Shown piece after piece: positions 1 through 12,639 of a DNA stretch of 64,000 bases (the stretch's first letter is position 1; the number at the start of each line of letters is the position of its first letter). The stretch covers positions 57,908,001 to 57,972,000 of the forward strand of contig NC_135804.1 of assembly GCF_964213995.1 (NCBI RefSeq), in the 5' to 3' direction. Source of the DNA: Mustelus asterias. Taxonomy: Eukaryota. The notes under the pieces were generated by a model. The model had not been told where the DNA came from and made no database searches. It saw nothing but the letters and a program-made list of their open reading frames with translations. A program made the position numbers and the translations under genes.

Positions 1-329
1 GGTTTGAATGTTGTTTGAGACAAGCAATAATAAATATTTTAACATGATAAACTCAACTGCTAAGCGCAGCAGCAGAAAATGACTATCTTTCTGGTTCTTT
101 TCATTCTTTGAATGGATTGCATCTACATACAAATAGAACATTACACACACGCAGAGGATTGTGGATACTCTCCATTGAAGGATTTTTTGTGTTGATCACA
201 TGACTCTGACCAATACACTCACGCAGGTTTCCTCTGTATTTCAAATTTGTCAGAAATGAATTTCACCCGAAGAACATTGCTCTTGCCACTGATTTAATGA
301 AAGCAGTTATTTTTTATTATTGAATGATA

Positions 330-960
330 TAGCAACAGGAGGGGACCATTCAGTCCTTTGTGCCTGCATTGCTGGCTGTGAAAGAGCGATCCAATTAATT
401 CCACTCCCTCCCCCTTTCCTATCTCCCTGTAAATTTTCCCCTTCAAGCATTTATCCAATTTATCCATTGAATGTTCTTATGGAACCTGCTTCCACCACCC
501 TTTCAGGCTGCACATTACAAATCACAACAACTTGCTGCATTATAAAACTTGTTTCCTCATCTCCCACCTCCTCTGGTTCTTTTACCAATCGCCTTTAATC
601 TGCGTCTCCCTCAGGTTCCTGAGTTTCCCGCCAAAGGAAAGTTTCTCCTTATTGACCCCATTGCAAAGCCTTCCTGATTTTGAATGCCTCTATTCAATCT
701 CCCCCTTAACCATCGCTGCTCTAAGGAGAATGGCCCCTGCTTCTCCCAGCCTCTCCGCATTAAGTCCCTTATCCCTGGGACCATTGCAGTACACCTCCTC
801 TGCACCCTCCCCAAGGCCTTAACACCCTTCAGCCTGCAGTGACCACAAGTGGATGCAGTACTTCAGCTGAGATCTAACCAGCATTTCATAAAGGGTTTAA
901 CTGAACTTCCTTGCTTTTATAATCTCTCTATTTTATAATTTCTCTATTTATAAAGCCAAA
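330..960 (-). mobile_element. Old, degraded CR1-like LINE 3' fragment
   Basis: Degenerate match to the reverse complement of the CR1 3' ends seen elsewhere in the window. Confidence 0.55.
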
Positions 961-974
961 GATCTTTTTCTTAC

Positions 975-1016
975 CTTGTACGTCATTACACAACCTTTTC
1001 TTCGAATGTCCCACAA
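975..1016 (-). CDS. KATNB1: KATNB1 coding exon 5 (LWDIRRKGCVMTYK); gene continues beyond the window start
   Basis: ttttctag acceptor, gtaaga donor, 42 bp. Matches human LWDIRRKGCVFRYR. Confidence 0.95.
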
Positions 1017-1232
1017 CTAGAAAAGGAAATACATCAGAATTAACAATATGCACCCAAGTCAGTACAGATATTCCTATTTTATTTTATAAAATTTAAATAC
1101 AGCAAGAAGTACAAAAGTCATTAGAATATTTTTGTATGCTAAAAGGTGATTTATTTAATTCTTCAGGATTTATCTGCTGCACTGAAATGGGCTTTTACAG
1201 GCAGTAGCCAAAGAAACTGGGAATTTGATACA

Positions 1233-2757
1233 TTAGGGAGGAAATTGCAGGTTCCCTAGCAGAGATATTTGAACCATCAATAGTCACAGGTGAGGTGCCT
1301 GAAGATTGGAAGGTGGCAAATGTTGTGCCTTTGTTTAAAAAGGGCTGCAGGGAAAAGCCTGGAAACTACAGGCCAGTGCATCTCACATCTGTGGTGGGTC
1401 AGTTGTTGGAAGGTATTTTGAGAGGCAGGATCTACAGGCATTTAGAGACCAAGGGCTGATTAGGGACAGTCAGCATGGCTTTGAGAGTGGAAAATCATGT
1501 CTCACAAATTTGGTTGAGTTTTTTGATGGGGTAACCAAGAAGGTAGATGAGGGCAGTGCAGTTGATGTTGTCTACATGGACTTTAGCAAGACCTTTGACA
1601 AGGTACTGCATGGTAGGTTGTTGCATAAGGTTAAATCTCACGGGATCCAGGGTGAGGTAGCTAAATGGATACAAAATTGGCTTGATGACAGAAGCCAGAG
1701 GGTGGTTGTAGAGGGTTGTTTTTCAAACTGGAGGCCTGTGACCAGTGGTGTGTCTCAGGGATCAGTGCTGGATCCACTGTTATTTGTCATTTATATTAAT
1801 GATTTGGATGAGAATATAGGAGGCATGGTTAGTAAGTTTGCAGATGACACCAAGATTGGTGGCAGAGTGGACAGTGAAGAAGGTTACCTCGGATTGCAAC
1901 GGGATCTTGATCAATTGGGCCAGTGGGCTGACGAATGGCAGATGGAGTTTAATTTAGATAAATGCGAGGTGATGCATTTTGGTAGATTGAACCAGGACAG
2001 GACTTACTCAATTAATGGTAGGGCATTAGGGAGAGTTACAGAACAAAAAGATCTAGGGGTACACGTTCATAGCTCCTTGAAAGTGGAGTCACAGGTAGAC
2101 AGAGTGGTGAAGTAGGCATTCAGCATGCTTGGTTTCATTGGTCAGAACATTGAATACAGGAGTTGGGATGTCTTGTTGAAGTTGTACAAGACATTGGTAA
2201 GGCCACACTTGGAATACTGTGTGCAATTCTGGTCACTCTATTATAAAAAGGATATTAATAAACTAGAAAGAGTGCAGAAAAGATTCACTAAGATGCTACC
2301 GGGACTTGATGGTTTGAGTTATAAGGAAAGGCTGGATAGACTGGGACTCTTTTCTCTGGAGTGTAGAAGGCTGAGGGGTGATCTTATAGAGGTCTACAAA
2401 ATAATGAGGGGCATAGATCAGCTCGATAGTCAATATCTTTTCCCAAAGGTAGGGGAGTCCAAAGCTAGAGGGCATAGGTTTAAGGTGAGAGGGGAGGAGA
2501 TATAAAAGTGTCCAGAGGAGCAATGTTTTCACACAGAGGGTGGTGAGTGTCTGGAACAAGCTGCCAGAAGTAGCAGTAGAGGCGGATACAATTTTGACTT
2601 TTAAAAAGCATTTAGACAGTTACATGGTTAAGAAGGGTATAGAGGGATATGGGCCAAACGTGAGCAATTGGGACTAGCTTCAGGGTTAAAAAAAAAGGCA
2701 GCATGGACAAGTTGGGCCGAAGGGCCTTTTTCCATGCTGTAAACCTCTATGACCCAT
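1233..2757 (+). mobile_element. 5'-truncated CR1 LINE (reverse transcriptase + 3' UTR) in a KATNB1 intron
   Basis: RT motifs YMDFSKTFDKV, GVSQGSVL, KFADDTK and C-terminal RPHLEYCVQFW, with stops and frameshifts. Same subfamily as 47868-50947. Confidence 0.93.
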
Positions 2758-2968
2758 AAGATTAGGAAGGCTAGTAAAATAAAATACCAGGATGACCATC
2801 AAAAACAACAGTATAAATAATTACAAAAGATAATTAAATAGATTCCTTGAGAGAGATGGCAGATATATTGAGAAGGCTTGCAAAGATACATCAGAGGCAA
2901 ACTTGCTGGGTCTTTTTCTGCTCCTAAAATATATATCTTAAATGTTTACCTGCTGGGCTGTACTGTAC

Positions 2969-3069
2969 CTTTACATTGGTGTCCATGGAGCCAGAAGCCA
3001 CAAACTCCCCAAACGGATGGAAGTCTAAACTGCAGATGTTGGCTTTGTGTCCTGACAGTGTCCGAAGAA
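2969..3069 (-). CDS. KATNB1: KATNB1 coding exon 4 ([34 protein letters not shown])
   Basis: ttgaag acceptor, gtacag donor, 101 bp. Matches human [34 protein letters not shown]. Confidence 0.96.
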
Positions 3070-3129
3070 CTTCAAGAAAACAAAATTCATGTCTGTTACT
3101 ACGTTCCTACCTTACATTACAAAGACCAA

Positions 3130-3545
3130 CATATCAAGAAAGGACTGACAGACTGGGTCTCATTTGCCTTGAAAGACAGCCAAGGGGTGACCTAATAGAG
3201 CTCTTTAAAATCATGAAAGGTTTTGATTGAGTGAATGCAGAAAGAAGTTTCCTCTTGTGGCGAAGCATTTAACTTGGTCATCAATAGAAGGTAGTCACCA
3301 GGAAATCTAACAGGTAATTGAGAAGCTGCTTCTTCACCCAAAGAGTGATAAGAATATGAAACTCACCATCACAGAAAACAGTTAGAACAAATAATGTAGA
3401 TACATTTAAGGGGATACTAGATATGCATGAGGGAGAAAAAGGAAGAGGGGGTTATGATGGTAATTTAGATGAGAAAATTTGGGAGGAACATAAACCGGCA
3501 TGGATTGGTTGGGCCAAATGACTTGTTTCTATGCTGTATGTACTA
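3130..3545 (+). mobile_element. Degraded CR1 3' fragment
   Basis: YQERTDRLGL...RGDLIELFKIMKGFD, followed by CR1-type 3' UTR. Confidence 0.7.
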
Positions 3546-3647
3546 TTCATCCTTTGGAGACTAGAGAGCATGTAAACAGAATTTAAGAGATTGAAAAGCA
3601 GAAGGTTTAAATGGGCAGGCAGTAGCACAAGAATAATGGGTACTTAC

Positions 3648-3765
3648 TCTTAGCTGCTTCCAAATCCCATATTCTTAATGATCCAGACCGCGAGCCTGCA
3701 ACAACCAACTCCTCAGAATCTTTGAACTGAATACATTCGACTGGTGTGTTGTGGCCTGTAAGACT
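3648..3765 (-). CDS. KATNB1: KATNB1 coding exon 3 ([39 protein letters not shown])
   Basis: gtatag acceptor, gtaagt donor, 118 bp, translated by hand. GH...WD repeat in frame with its neighbours. Confidence 0.96.
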
Positions 3766-4694
3766 CTATACAGAGAGTTTTTTTGATAAATTTGTTATGC
3801 TGTAGATATTGCAAGGCTAAAGGCATGTATGGAAAGTACACAAAAAGAATACATTTTGAGACATATGGGTAAAAGTATTGGTTTTAACATCAGAGGGTCA
3901 CAGTTTAAACTCTCAACTGCATCAAGCATTTAAACTCAAGATTAGCCAGTTCCAACTGAGCCATCAACCTCTGGCACCAGTTTGATAACTTTGGTCACAT
4001 CTATAATCACTTTCCATTAAACTTCCCAACATGTCCACTCTTATTTTGTGATGGGGTAAATATCTGCTAATATGTCAGGATACATCGATAACAGCTTTAA
4101 CAGTTGTGTGACAGCCATATTCACAAAGAACAATCTCATGTAGTGAGCTGCGGAAGCACATTCATAAATTTACCTAGTCACCCAATCGTCACTTCTAAAT
4201 CTAGTGATTACGCATACTCTTACACAAAATAGGATGACATCCATCCCAGAATTTAATGATTCAATGCCTTGCTAAAAAGGTTGTTTTCTGCTTGCAGCAT
4301 CTGAAAACAGAGCTGCTTGGAAGCCAAGAAGCTATTAATAAAAAAATAATTTTCATCCAAAATTGAGACATAAACCTTGCGGGACATCAGAATTAATGGT
4401 TAAAGAGATCTGGGCAGTTGGGAACTATTGAGAACCCAAAAGTCATGAATAACACAAGTCAGAAGTAGAGTTAAAGGACAGACAACACCTTTTTTGCACA
4501 GCAATGCATGTTAACTACGATCATATTTTCAAGTCTAGTCCGTTTTTGTCATGCTCAAGGTGCAACTTTCATGCGAATTTGAGAGCAAGTTTGCGCTCAC
4601 AGACCCTGATCCTCCAGGAAGTAAAACTACTCAAAATCCATTTAACACAGACCCTTACAGTTGGGGAAAGGGTAAAACAGTTACACTGACTTAC

Positions 4695-4825
4695 CATAAT
4701 ACAGTTAGGTTTGCTGACTGACCACAAGTTGACTCGGCAGTCCTCTCCACCAGTGGCCAATAGTCTGCCTGAATTCTTCCCCAGCACCAGACAGGTAACA
4801 TTACCAGCATGAGCAACAAACTCCT
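4695..4825 (-). CDS. KATNB1: KATNB1 coding exon 2 ([43 protein letters not shown])
   Basis: ttgcag acceptor, gtaagt donor, 131 bp. First WD40 repeat, closely matching human [43 protein letters not shown]. Confidence 0.97.
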
Positions 4826-5599
4826 CTGCAAGGGAGATGCAAAATTCCAAGAAAGGTTTATGACCAAAATGAAAAAGATAGATGTTCCCCAAGTTTGTAA
4901 TTCACATAGGTAGTCAGTTATCCTTGTGTCATTAAAAGAATCATAACACTCAACCTCAGATTCTTTTTTTTGTTCATTTACAGAATATGGGCATCACTGG
5001 CTAGGCCAGCATTTATTGTCCATCCCTAGCTGTCCTTGAGAAGATGATGGCGAGCTGCCTTCTTGGACTGCTATAGTCCTTGAGATGTAGGTACACCCTA
5101 CATAAAAAATAAGAGGGGCCAAAGAAAGATCCTTGATGTGGAAGTAAAGGTTGGAGATGGGACAGAAATTTCAAGGATGGTGGTGCTAATGGTTACTTTT
5201 TGCAAGGGACAATGATGGCAGAGTTAAAGGACAGACAACACCTGAAGAGAGAACCATCCACAATGTCAGCTAACATGGGGGACCAGGAGGTGAAGTTTGG
5301 TAGTCAGCAGTTTAGAGCGAGTAAAATTGGTGAAAATTGGAGGTTGAGCTCATGGGCATGATGAGCTCAGAGTGCAGGAGGAGAGATAGGAATGAAACTA
5401 CAGAAAGATGCAAGCTCAAGGTTAGGGCAGTGGAGAGCATTATAGAAGGTTGGTCAGATGGGCTAGTAGTAGGGAGAGACGTGATAGAGGGAGCTGCTCA
5501 GATGGTCTTGACCTTAATGACAAGACATTCATGAGGTCTTCACACTTAGTTGGAGGCGTGGGTGGAGAGGACAGACAAGTGGGGTTTAAGACAACAGTT

Positions 5600-6395
5600 G
5601 ATTTGATTTGATTTATTATTGTCACATGTATTAACACACAGTGAAAAGTATTGTTTCTTGCGCGCTATACAGACAAAACATACTATTCATAGAGAAGGAA
5701 ACGAGAAAGTGTTACAGTCATAGCTAGGGTGTAGCGAAAGATCAACTTAATGTAAGGTAAGTCCATTCAAAAGTCTGACAGCAGCAAGAAAGAAGCTGTT
5801 CTTGAGTCGGTTGGTACTGACCTCAGACTTTTGTATCTTTTTCCCGAAGTAAGAAGGTGGAAGAGAGCATGTCCGGTGTGCGTGGGGTCCTTAATTATGC
5901 TGGCTGCTTTGCCAAGGCAGCGGGAAGTGTAGATAGAGTCAATGGATGGGAGGTGGCTTTGTGTGATGGATTGGGCTACATTCACGACCTTTTGTAGTTC
6001 CTTGTGGTCTTGGGCAGAGCAGGAGCCATACCAAGCTGTGATACAACCAGAAAGAATGCTTTCTATGGTGCATCTGTAGAAGTTGGTGATTGTCTTAGCT
6101 GACATGCCAAATTTCCTTAGTCTTCTGAGAAAGCAGATGCGTTGGTGGCCTTTCTTAACTATAGTGTCGGCATGGGGGGACCTGGACAGGTTGTTGGTGA
6201 TCTGGACACCTTGAAGCTCTCGACTCTTTCTAATTCGTCCCCATTGATATAGACAGGGGCATGTTCTCCTTCACACTTCCTGAAGTCGATGACAATCTCT
6301 TTCGTTTTGTTGACATTGAGGGAGAGATTATTGTTGCTACACCAGTTCACCAGATTCTCTATCTCATTCCTGTACTCTGTCTCGTCATTGTTTGA
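5600..6395 (-). mobile_element. Rex1/Babar-type LINE 3' fragment
   Basis: NNLSLNVNKTKEIVIDFRK and NFYRCTIESILSGCITAWYG; (aatca)n tail at ~5600-5615. Confidence 0.85.
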
Positions 6396-6829
6396 GTTAG
6401 GGATTATCCTTGCATTCCAGGACGATCTTGAAACAGTGAGCAATTTTAGCAGACAAGAGCAGTATGCGAGTGTTTTAAGCCATCCAGCCAGATTTGGCAC
6501 TGGATGTCTAAAACAAGTTGTCCAACATATACTTTCAAGGCTGCATCCCTTGGACTCAAGAAAGTGGAGATAAGGGCTGTACCAGGGAATGGCCATGGTG
6601 AGAGAGTAATGGTTTTATTGGGAATGTGGAGGTGAGGATGCAGATGAAGAAATCCGTAGTTGCAAAATCATTGTGGTTGAGATGATGGGACCAGCAAGAT
6701 CACACATGTTGGCAAAATCAATGGGGTGATCATGTATACGGACCGGGTGGGCGGGTGGGTGGGGTGGGGGGGGGGGGGGCATGATGAGTTGAGAAGGAGG
6801 TTGAAATCACCAAGGATGATAAGTCATTC

Positions 6830-8005
6830 TGTTTTTTCAGGAAGTAACAAGCAACATGGATAACAGAAAACTTGTAGATGTAATTTACTTAGATTTCAAG
6901 AAGGCAGTTGACAAGGTGCCTCATGAAAATTTACTTCTAATAAGAGCTCAGGAAGTAGGTGGTAACTTATTAACATGGATAGAGGATTGGTTAGGTAACA
7001 CGAACCTGAGAGTAGAGATAAATGGGTCATTTTCAGGTTAACAAAATGTAACTTGAAGAATAGCATAAGGATCAGTGCTATGGCCTCAGCTATTTACAAC
7101 TTATATCAATGACTTGGGTGAAGGGACCAAATGTATAGTTGCTAAATTTGCTGATGACATAAAGATAGATAAGATAGCAAATTGTCAAGAGAAAATAAGG
7201 AGCCTGCAAAGAAAAGGATATAGATTGGTCAAGTTAATGAAGAAAGATTTGGCAGATGGGAGTATAATATGGGTAAATGTGAACTTCTTTACTTTGGCAG
7301 GGAGAATGGAAAAGTAGCACATTATCAAAATTGAGAGATATTGCAGAATCTTTAAGGTTATATTGGATTTGGGTCTCCTGGTACATAAATCAGAAAAAGT
7401 TAGCATCCAAGTATAGCAAGTGATTAACACGGCAAATGGAATACTGCTTTTTATTGCAAGGGGAATGGAATAGAAAGGTAGGGATGTTTAGCAACAGTTG
7501 TATGGGGCATTGAAGTAGTGTGTACACTTTTGGTCTCCTTGTTTAAGAAAGGACATAATTGCATTGGAAGTAGTTCAAAGAAGGTTCACTCAACCGATCC
7601 CTGGGATGAGGGGGTTATTTTATTAGGAAAGGTTGAAAAGGTTGGATCTGAAAGGTTATCTTATTGAAAGATATAACATCCGGAGGGGACTTGACAGGCT
7701 GAGGAGATGCTTCCCCTTGTAGGCTTAGGTAACAGTTTAAAAAAAGGGCTCTCCCATTTAAAATGGAGATGAGGAAAATTTTCTTCTCTCAGAAGGTCAT
7801 AAATCTATGGAATTCTCTTCCCTAGAAAGCAATGGAGACACGGTCATTGAATATTTTTAAGACAGAGATAGGAGAGTCTTGACCAACAAGGGAATCGAAG
7901 GATTTAGGAGGTAGTCAGGAAAGTACCTTTGAAGCTACAATCAGATCAGCCATGATCATGGCTTGAGGGGCCAAATGGCCTCCTTCTGCTCTTAATTCTT
8001 ATGTT
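6830..8005 (+). mobile_element. Degraded CR1 LINE fragment
   Basis: YLDFKKAVDKVPH and KFADD with many stops; CR1 3' tail. Confidence 0.85.
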
Positions 8006-8065
8006 AGTATAAAGCTCGAGGGAGGAAAGCAATGAAGATACCTTGGTGATAAATAAAATTAGCAT

Positions 8066-8405
8066 AGAATCATGGCCTCCTTCTCCACTGTAGGATTCTA
8101 TTTGACCCATCGAGTCTGTAGCAGCTCTCTGATCGGGCATCTTACCCAGGCCCTACCCCCGTAACCTCATTTATTTATCCCACTAATCTCCCTAACCTAC
8201 ACATCTTGGGGCACTGAGGGGCAATTTAGCATGGCTAATCAACCTAACCTGCACATCTTTTGACTGAGCGGGGAAACCAGAGCACCCGGGGAAAACCCAC
8301 ACAAACATTGGGAGAACATGCAAACTCCAGTCACCCAAGGCCAGAATTGAACCTGGGTCTCTGGCGCTGTGAGGCAGCAGTGTTAACCACTGTGCCACCA
8401 TGCGG
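8066..8405 (-). mobile_element. tRNA-derived shark SINE (HE1-like)
   Basis: Minus strand reads GCATGGTGGCACAGTGGTTAACACT (A box) ... GGTTCAATTCT (B box), with a body shared by the other copies in the window. Confidence 0.85.
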
Positions 8406-9569
8406 CTTGAAAGGGTGATGATTTTGAAGAAATGAGAAGGGGTGAAACAAGGTAAGATGTTCAAAAAAGCAGAAACTGCCAGAGGTGCAGGGAATCAGCC
8501 AAGGCTATATCCCTACCACCATCATGGTTTTCGTAGGGCAAGTGGTGGAAGATGTACAAAAAAACAGCAGGAAATCAAGAGGCAGATTGTCATCAGCCCT
8601 CAGCCAGATTTCTAATAAAGCCATGATGTTGATGCAAACATACAAATTAGGCTCATGGATGGCAAGGATCTTGTTCACAAGTGAATGAACATTCTGGATG
8701 GAGATCCATAGAAGGTGGCAAGGACTGATATGCTGGCAGAGACCACAGGGTCAGCAGGATCAAATCAAAGATCAGAAGGCCCATCATAACCAGACACAAA
8801 TTGGCATTATAAACAGAGGAGGGGGAGGCAGCTCCACATGCAACCCCATCCTCAATAATGGCAAAGTTTAACACCTTTGTGGAAAAGACAAGACTGAAGT
8901 GCCCCAACAATTTTCAACCAAATGTGCAAATAGGACTCCTCTGAGGACCCCACCATCAAAGGTTTCGGTTGACAACCAATTCAACTCTCCCTAAGTTTTT
9001 CTCTTCATTTCCCTCCCTGACTCCCTCAGATCCTGATTGTGTGTTTTCCACTTGTGATCCTCCCTCCTCTAGTTGTTCCTTTTCCTTCCTCCCAGAGTTT
9101 GTATTTCTCTCCGATCCTTCCTCCATTCGTTTCTCTCTCACCAGATCCCTCACTCCTTTTCTCACCAGTTCCCTCCATCTCTTTTTCGTCCAGGTTCATG
9201 TTTCTGTCCCCCCTCTCTCCCAGTTTTATGTTTCTGTCTGTCTCGCTCTCCCTCCCACTCCTGCAATATTCTTTCTTTCTATATATTTCTGTCCTACTCA
9301 CCTTCCGTCTCTCCCCCACCCTCTCCCCATTTCATGTTTCTGTCCTTCTCTCTCCCCAACTTTCATTTTTCTGTCTGACTTTCACTCCATCCCAGAGTGG
9401 GATTCTCTCCTGCTCTTCCACTTCCCTCCCCCCACGTTTGCGCTGCCCTGCCGCGCTCCCCTGCCGCGCCCTGCCCCAGCCCTGCCTCGCCCCAGCCAGC
9501 CCTGCCCTGTCCCAGCCTGCGATGACCTGCCATGCTCTCCCCTCCCGCCAGCCTGCACTCTCTCCCACC

Positions 9570-9735
9570 CCCACAAGCCTGCGCCTCTCCGCCGCGCTCT
9601 CCCCCGGCTTGCACCTCTCCGCCACGCTCTCCCCCGGCCTGCGCCTCTCCGCCGTGCTCTCCCCCAGCCTGCGCCTCTCCGCCGCGCTGTCCGGCACGCT
9701 CTCCCCGCCGCCTGCATTTCCCCACCGCGCTCTCC
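9570..9735. repeat. 30-bp GC-rich minisatellite (ccccggcctgcgcctctccgccgcgctctc), left part
   Basis: About 5-6 tandem units visible, preceded by a CT-rich low-complexity tract at ~9050-9560. Confidence 0.85.
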
Positions 9736-9739
9736 TCCT

Positions 9740-11206
9740 TGCGGATTGGAAAACGGCTAATGTTACGCCGCTGTTCAAAAAAGGAAATAGACAAAAGACG
9801 GGTAACTACAGGCCGGTTAGCTTAACGTCTGTAGTTGGGAAAATGCTGGAATCCATCATTAAAGAAGAAATAGCAGGCCATCTGGATAAGAATGGTTCGA
9901 TTAAGCAGACGCAGCATGGATTCATGAGGGGAAAGTCATGCTTGATGAACTTGTTGGATTTTTATGAAGATGTGACTAGTGCAGTTGACGGAGGGGAACC
10001 GGTGGATGCGGTGTTTTTGGATTTCCGAAAGGCGTTTGATAAGGTGCCTCACAAAAGGTTGCTGAAGAAGATTGGGTCACACAGAGTTGGGGGTAGGGTG
10101 TTAGCGTGGATTGGGGATTGGCTATCCAACAGGAAGCAGAGAGTCGGAATAAATGGGTGCTTTCCTGGTTGGCAGATGGTAACTAGTGGCGTGCCGCAGG
10201 GATCGGTACTGGGGCCTCAACTATTTACCATTTATATAGACGATCTGGAGGAGGGGACTGAGTGTAGGGTAACAAAGTTTGCAGACAACACAAAGATAAG
10301 TGGAAAAGTGAATCGTGTGGAGGGCGTAGAAGGTCTGCAGAGAGATTTGGACAGGCTGAGTGAGTGGGCGAGGATCTGGCAGATGGAGTATAACGTTAAC
10401 AAATGCGAGGTTATTCACTTTGGAAGAAATAATAGCAAATTGGATTATTATCTAAATGGAAAGAAATTACAACATGCTGCAGTGCAGAGGGACCTGGGGG
10501 TCCTTGTGCATGAGACGCAAAAACCCAGTCTGCAGGTGCAACAGGTGATCAAGAAGGCAAATGGGATGTTGGCCCATATCGCAAGGGGGATAGAATATAA
10601 AAGCAGAGATGTCTTGCTGCATCTGAACAGGGCATTGGTGAGGCCGCAGCTGGAATACTGTGAGCAGTATTGGTCCCCTTATTTGCGGAAGGATACATTG
10701 CCTTGGAAGGAGTGCAGAGAAGGTTCACCAGGTTGATACCAGAGATGAGGGGTGTTGATTATGAGGAGAGACTGAGCAGATTGGGTTTGTATTCATTGGA
10801 ATTTAGAAGGCTGAGGGGGGATCTTATAGAGACCTATAAGATAATGAAGGGGCTGGATAGGGTAGTGATGGAGAGATTCTTTCCACTTAGAAAAGAAACT
10901 AGAACTAGAGGGCACAGCCTCAAAATAAAGGGGGCTCAGTTTAGGACAGAGTTGAGGAGGAACTTCTTCTCTCAGAGGGTGGTGAATCTCTGGAATTCTC
11001 TGCCCACTGAAGTGGTGGAGGCTACCTCGTTGAATATGTTTAAATCACGGATAGATGGATTCCTGATCGGTAAGGGAATTAGGGGTTATAGGGATCAGGC
11101 GGGTAAGTGGAACTGATCCACTTCAGATCAGCCATGATCTTATTGAATGGCGGGGCGGGCTCAAGGGGCTAGATGGCCTACTCCTGCTCCTATTTCTTAT
11201 GTTCTT
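9740..11206 (+). mobile_element. Young 5'-truncated CR1 LINE in KATNB1 intron 1
   Basis: ADWKTANVTPLFKKG through the RT to the C-terminus with only one frameshift (~10700); tail ends ttcttatgttctt. Confidence 0.95.
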
Positions 11207-11395
11207 CCGCCGTGCTCTTCCCCCAGCCTGCGTCTCTCCGCCACGCTGTCCCCCACCTTGTGTTTCTCCACCGCGCTCTCCTCCAGCCTGCGTTTCTCCA
11301 CCGCGCTCTCCCCCAGCTTGTGTTTCTCTGCTGCGCTCTCCCCAAATTGGTATTTCTCTGCCTTTCTCTCCCCCAATTTGTGTTTCTCTCCCCTA
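11207..11395. repeat. 30-bp minisatellite, right part (ccccagcctgcgtttctccaccgcgctctc, decaying)
   Basis: About 6 units of the same 30-bp period resume immediately after the CR1 tail. Confidence 0.85.
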
Positions 11396-11449
11396 GTTTC
11401 TGGTCTCTCTCGCCTCATCCCTCCACAGTTTGTGTTTCGCTTTCTTTCC

Positions 11450-11860
11450 CTCTCCCATTTTTCGCCGTGACTCACGCAGTTTCCAGGTGATTTTTGTTGG
11501 CCCTGAAGCCGCCATCCTCTTCGTCTTGCAGGGTGTGGCGTGCTCCAGGTGATCGGCACGGTTGGCGGTGTGGTGAGGCTGGCCTATCGACGGTGAGGCC
11601 GTTTGCCTGGCCGGCACGGTTGGCGGTGAGGCTGTGGTTGCCTGGGTTACGGCGCTAGGCCGAGGCTCTGCTCCGCTCAAACCGCTTTTTCGCCCAGGAC
11701 CGCTATCACGCATGCGCACTCGGCCGCTGCGGGCGCTGAATCAGCCATGCGCATGCGCATATCCGGGCCCGGCCACCTGCGTCAACCTTCGCCTGATTGG
11801 CTGAGGCAGAAAATCGTATTAACGGCCCGAAGCGCGCGTGAATCCCAGCAGCTTGTCGCC
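11450..11860 (-). promoter_or_regulatory. CpG-island promoter and 5' region of KATNB1
   Basis: Strong local CpG enrichment. Perfect NRF1 palindrome TGCGCATGCGCA at 11748-11759, a second NRF1-like site at ~11709-11718, CRE-like TGCGTCA at 11778-11784 and a CCAAT box (ctgattggct) at ~11793-11802. Confidence 0.8.
11476..11515 (-). CDS. KATNB1: Katanin p80 WD40 subunit B1, coding exon 1 (MAASGPTKITWKL-Q)
   Basis: ATG at 11515, 40 coding nt, then a gtgagt donor. Matches the vertebrate KATNB1 N-terminus (human MATPVVTKTAWKLQ). Phase 1 joins the next exon to give CAG (Q). Confidence 0.95.
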
Positions 11861-12104
11861 TTCAAAAGCTTCATTTGTGTTCCAGTCTATTCGTTACGGA
11901 GTTTGAACTATTTCTGCTGTATTAAACATTGCGTCGTTAATGATCATTTATAACCGCCAGTGACAGGGCAGCCAATGGGATTCGTTCTTACAGAGACAGC
12001 GAGGATGCTGCGCATGTGTGTCACTGCCAGGTGGAGGCCCAGCGTCTGAATTGTGGACAATGCGGGTTGGGAGAGCGCTTGGAGCTTTTGTGCCAGAGTT
12101 GCTC

Positions 12105-12270
12105 TGATTTGATTTATTATTGTCACATGTATTAGTATATGGTGAAAAGTATTGTTTCTTGCATACCATACAGACAAAGCATACTGTTCATAGAGAAGGA
12201 AAGGGGAGGGTACAGAATGTAGTGTTCCAGTCATTGCTAGGGTGTAGAGAATGGTCAACTTAATGTGAGC
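12105..12270 (-). mobile_element. Rex1/Babar-type 3' tail fragment
   Basis: Closely matches 5605-5755 (tgatttattattgtcacatgtatt...gaaaagtattgtttcttgc). Confidence 0.8.
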
Positions 12271-12639
12271 TTGGCACCAAATCTGTAAGACATTGAATTG
12301 AAGCATTGTTAGAGAGTTTAAAAGAGTTAGAATGAAGTTTTATAAGCACTGAACGAGAGTAAAAGATAGAATTAGAAGGTATGCTGGGCACAGCTTGCAA
12401 GAAGTTGCCATCTCTGGTGCCAACTTGGAACCTGAATAATATTGAACATCTTTTGATTTTGTGTCAGCAGCGGTTATGAAAAGTTCAAGCAACTAGAGCA
12501 AACCAGAGGTGGGGAAGGGTTTCACATTGGGGAGGCAGAAGTAGGTGGAATTTTAATTCCAAAAGTAACTGATAATAACTGACCAAAATAACACCGAGAA
12601 CTGGTCATATGTAAGTCTCATTCATAATCAACACTCTTT

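Noticed and set aside
1-974. Next KATNB1 exon (GH...FSPDGKW)
   Set aside because: Not found by eye; presumably lies outside the window.
8969-10736. 565-aa ORF as a domesticated RT fusion gene, plus overlapping Pro/Arg-rich ORFs
   Set aside because: The N-terminus is translated low-complexity and minisatellite DNA with a non-ATG start. The RT part is a truncated CR1 with a frameshift.
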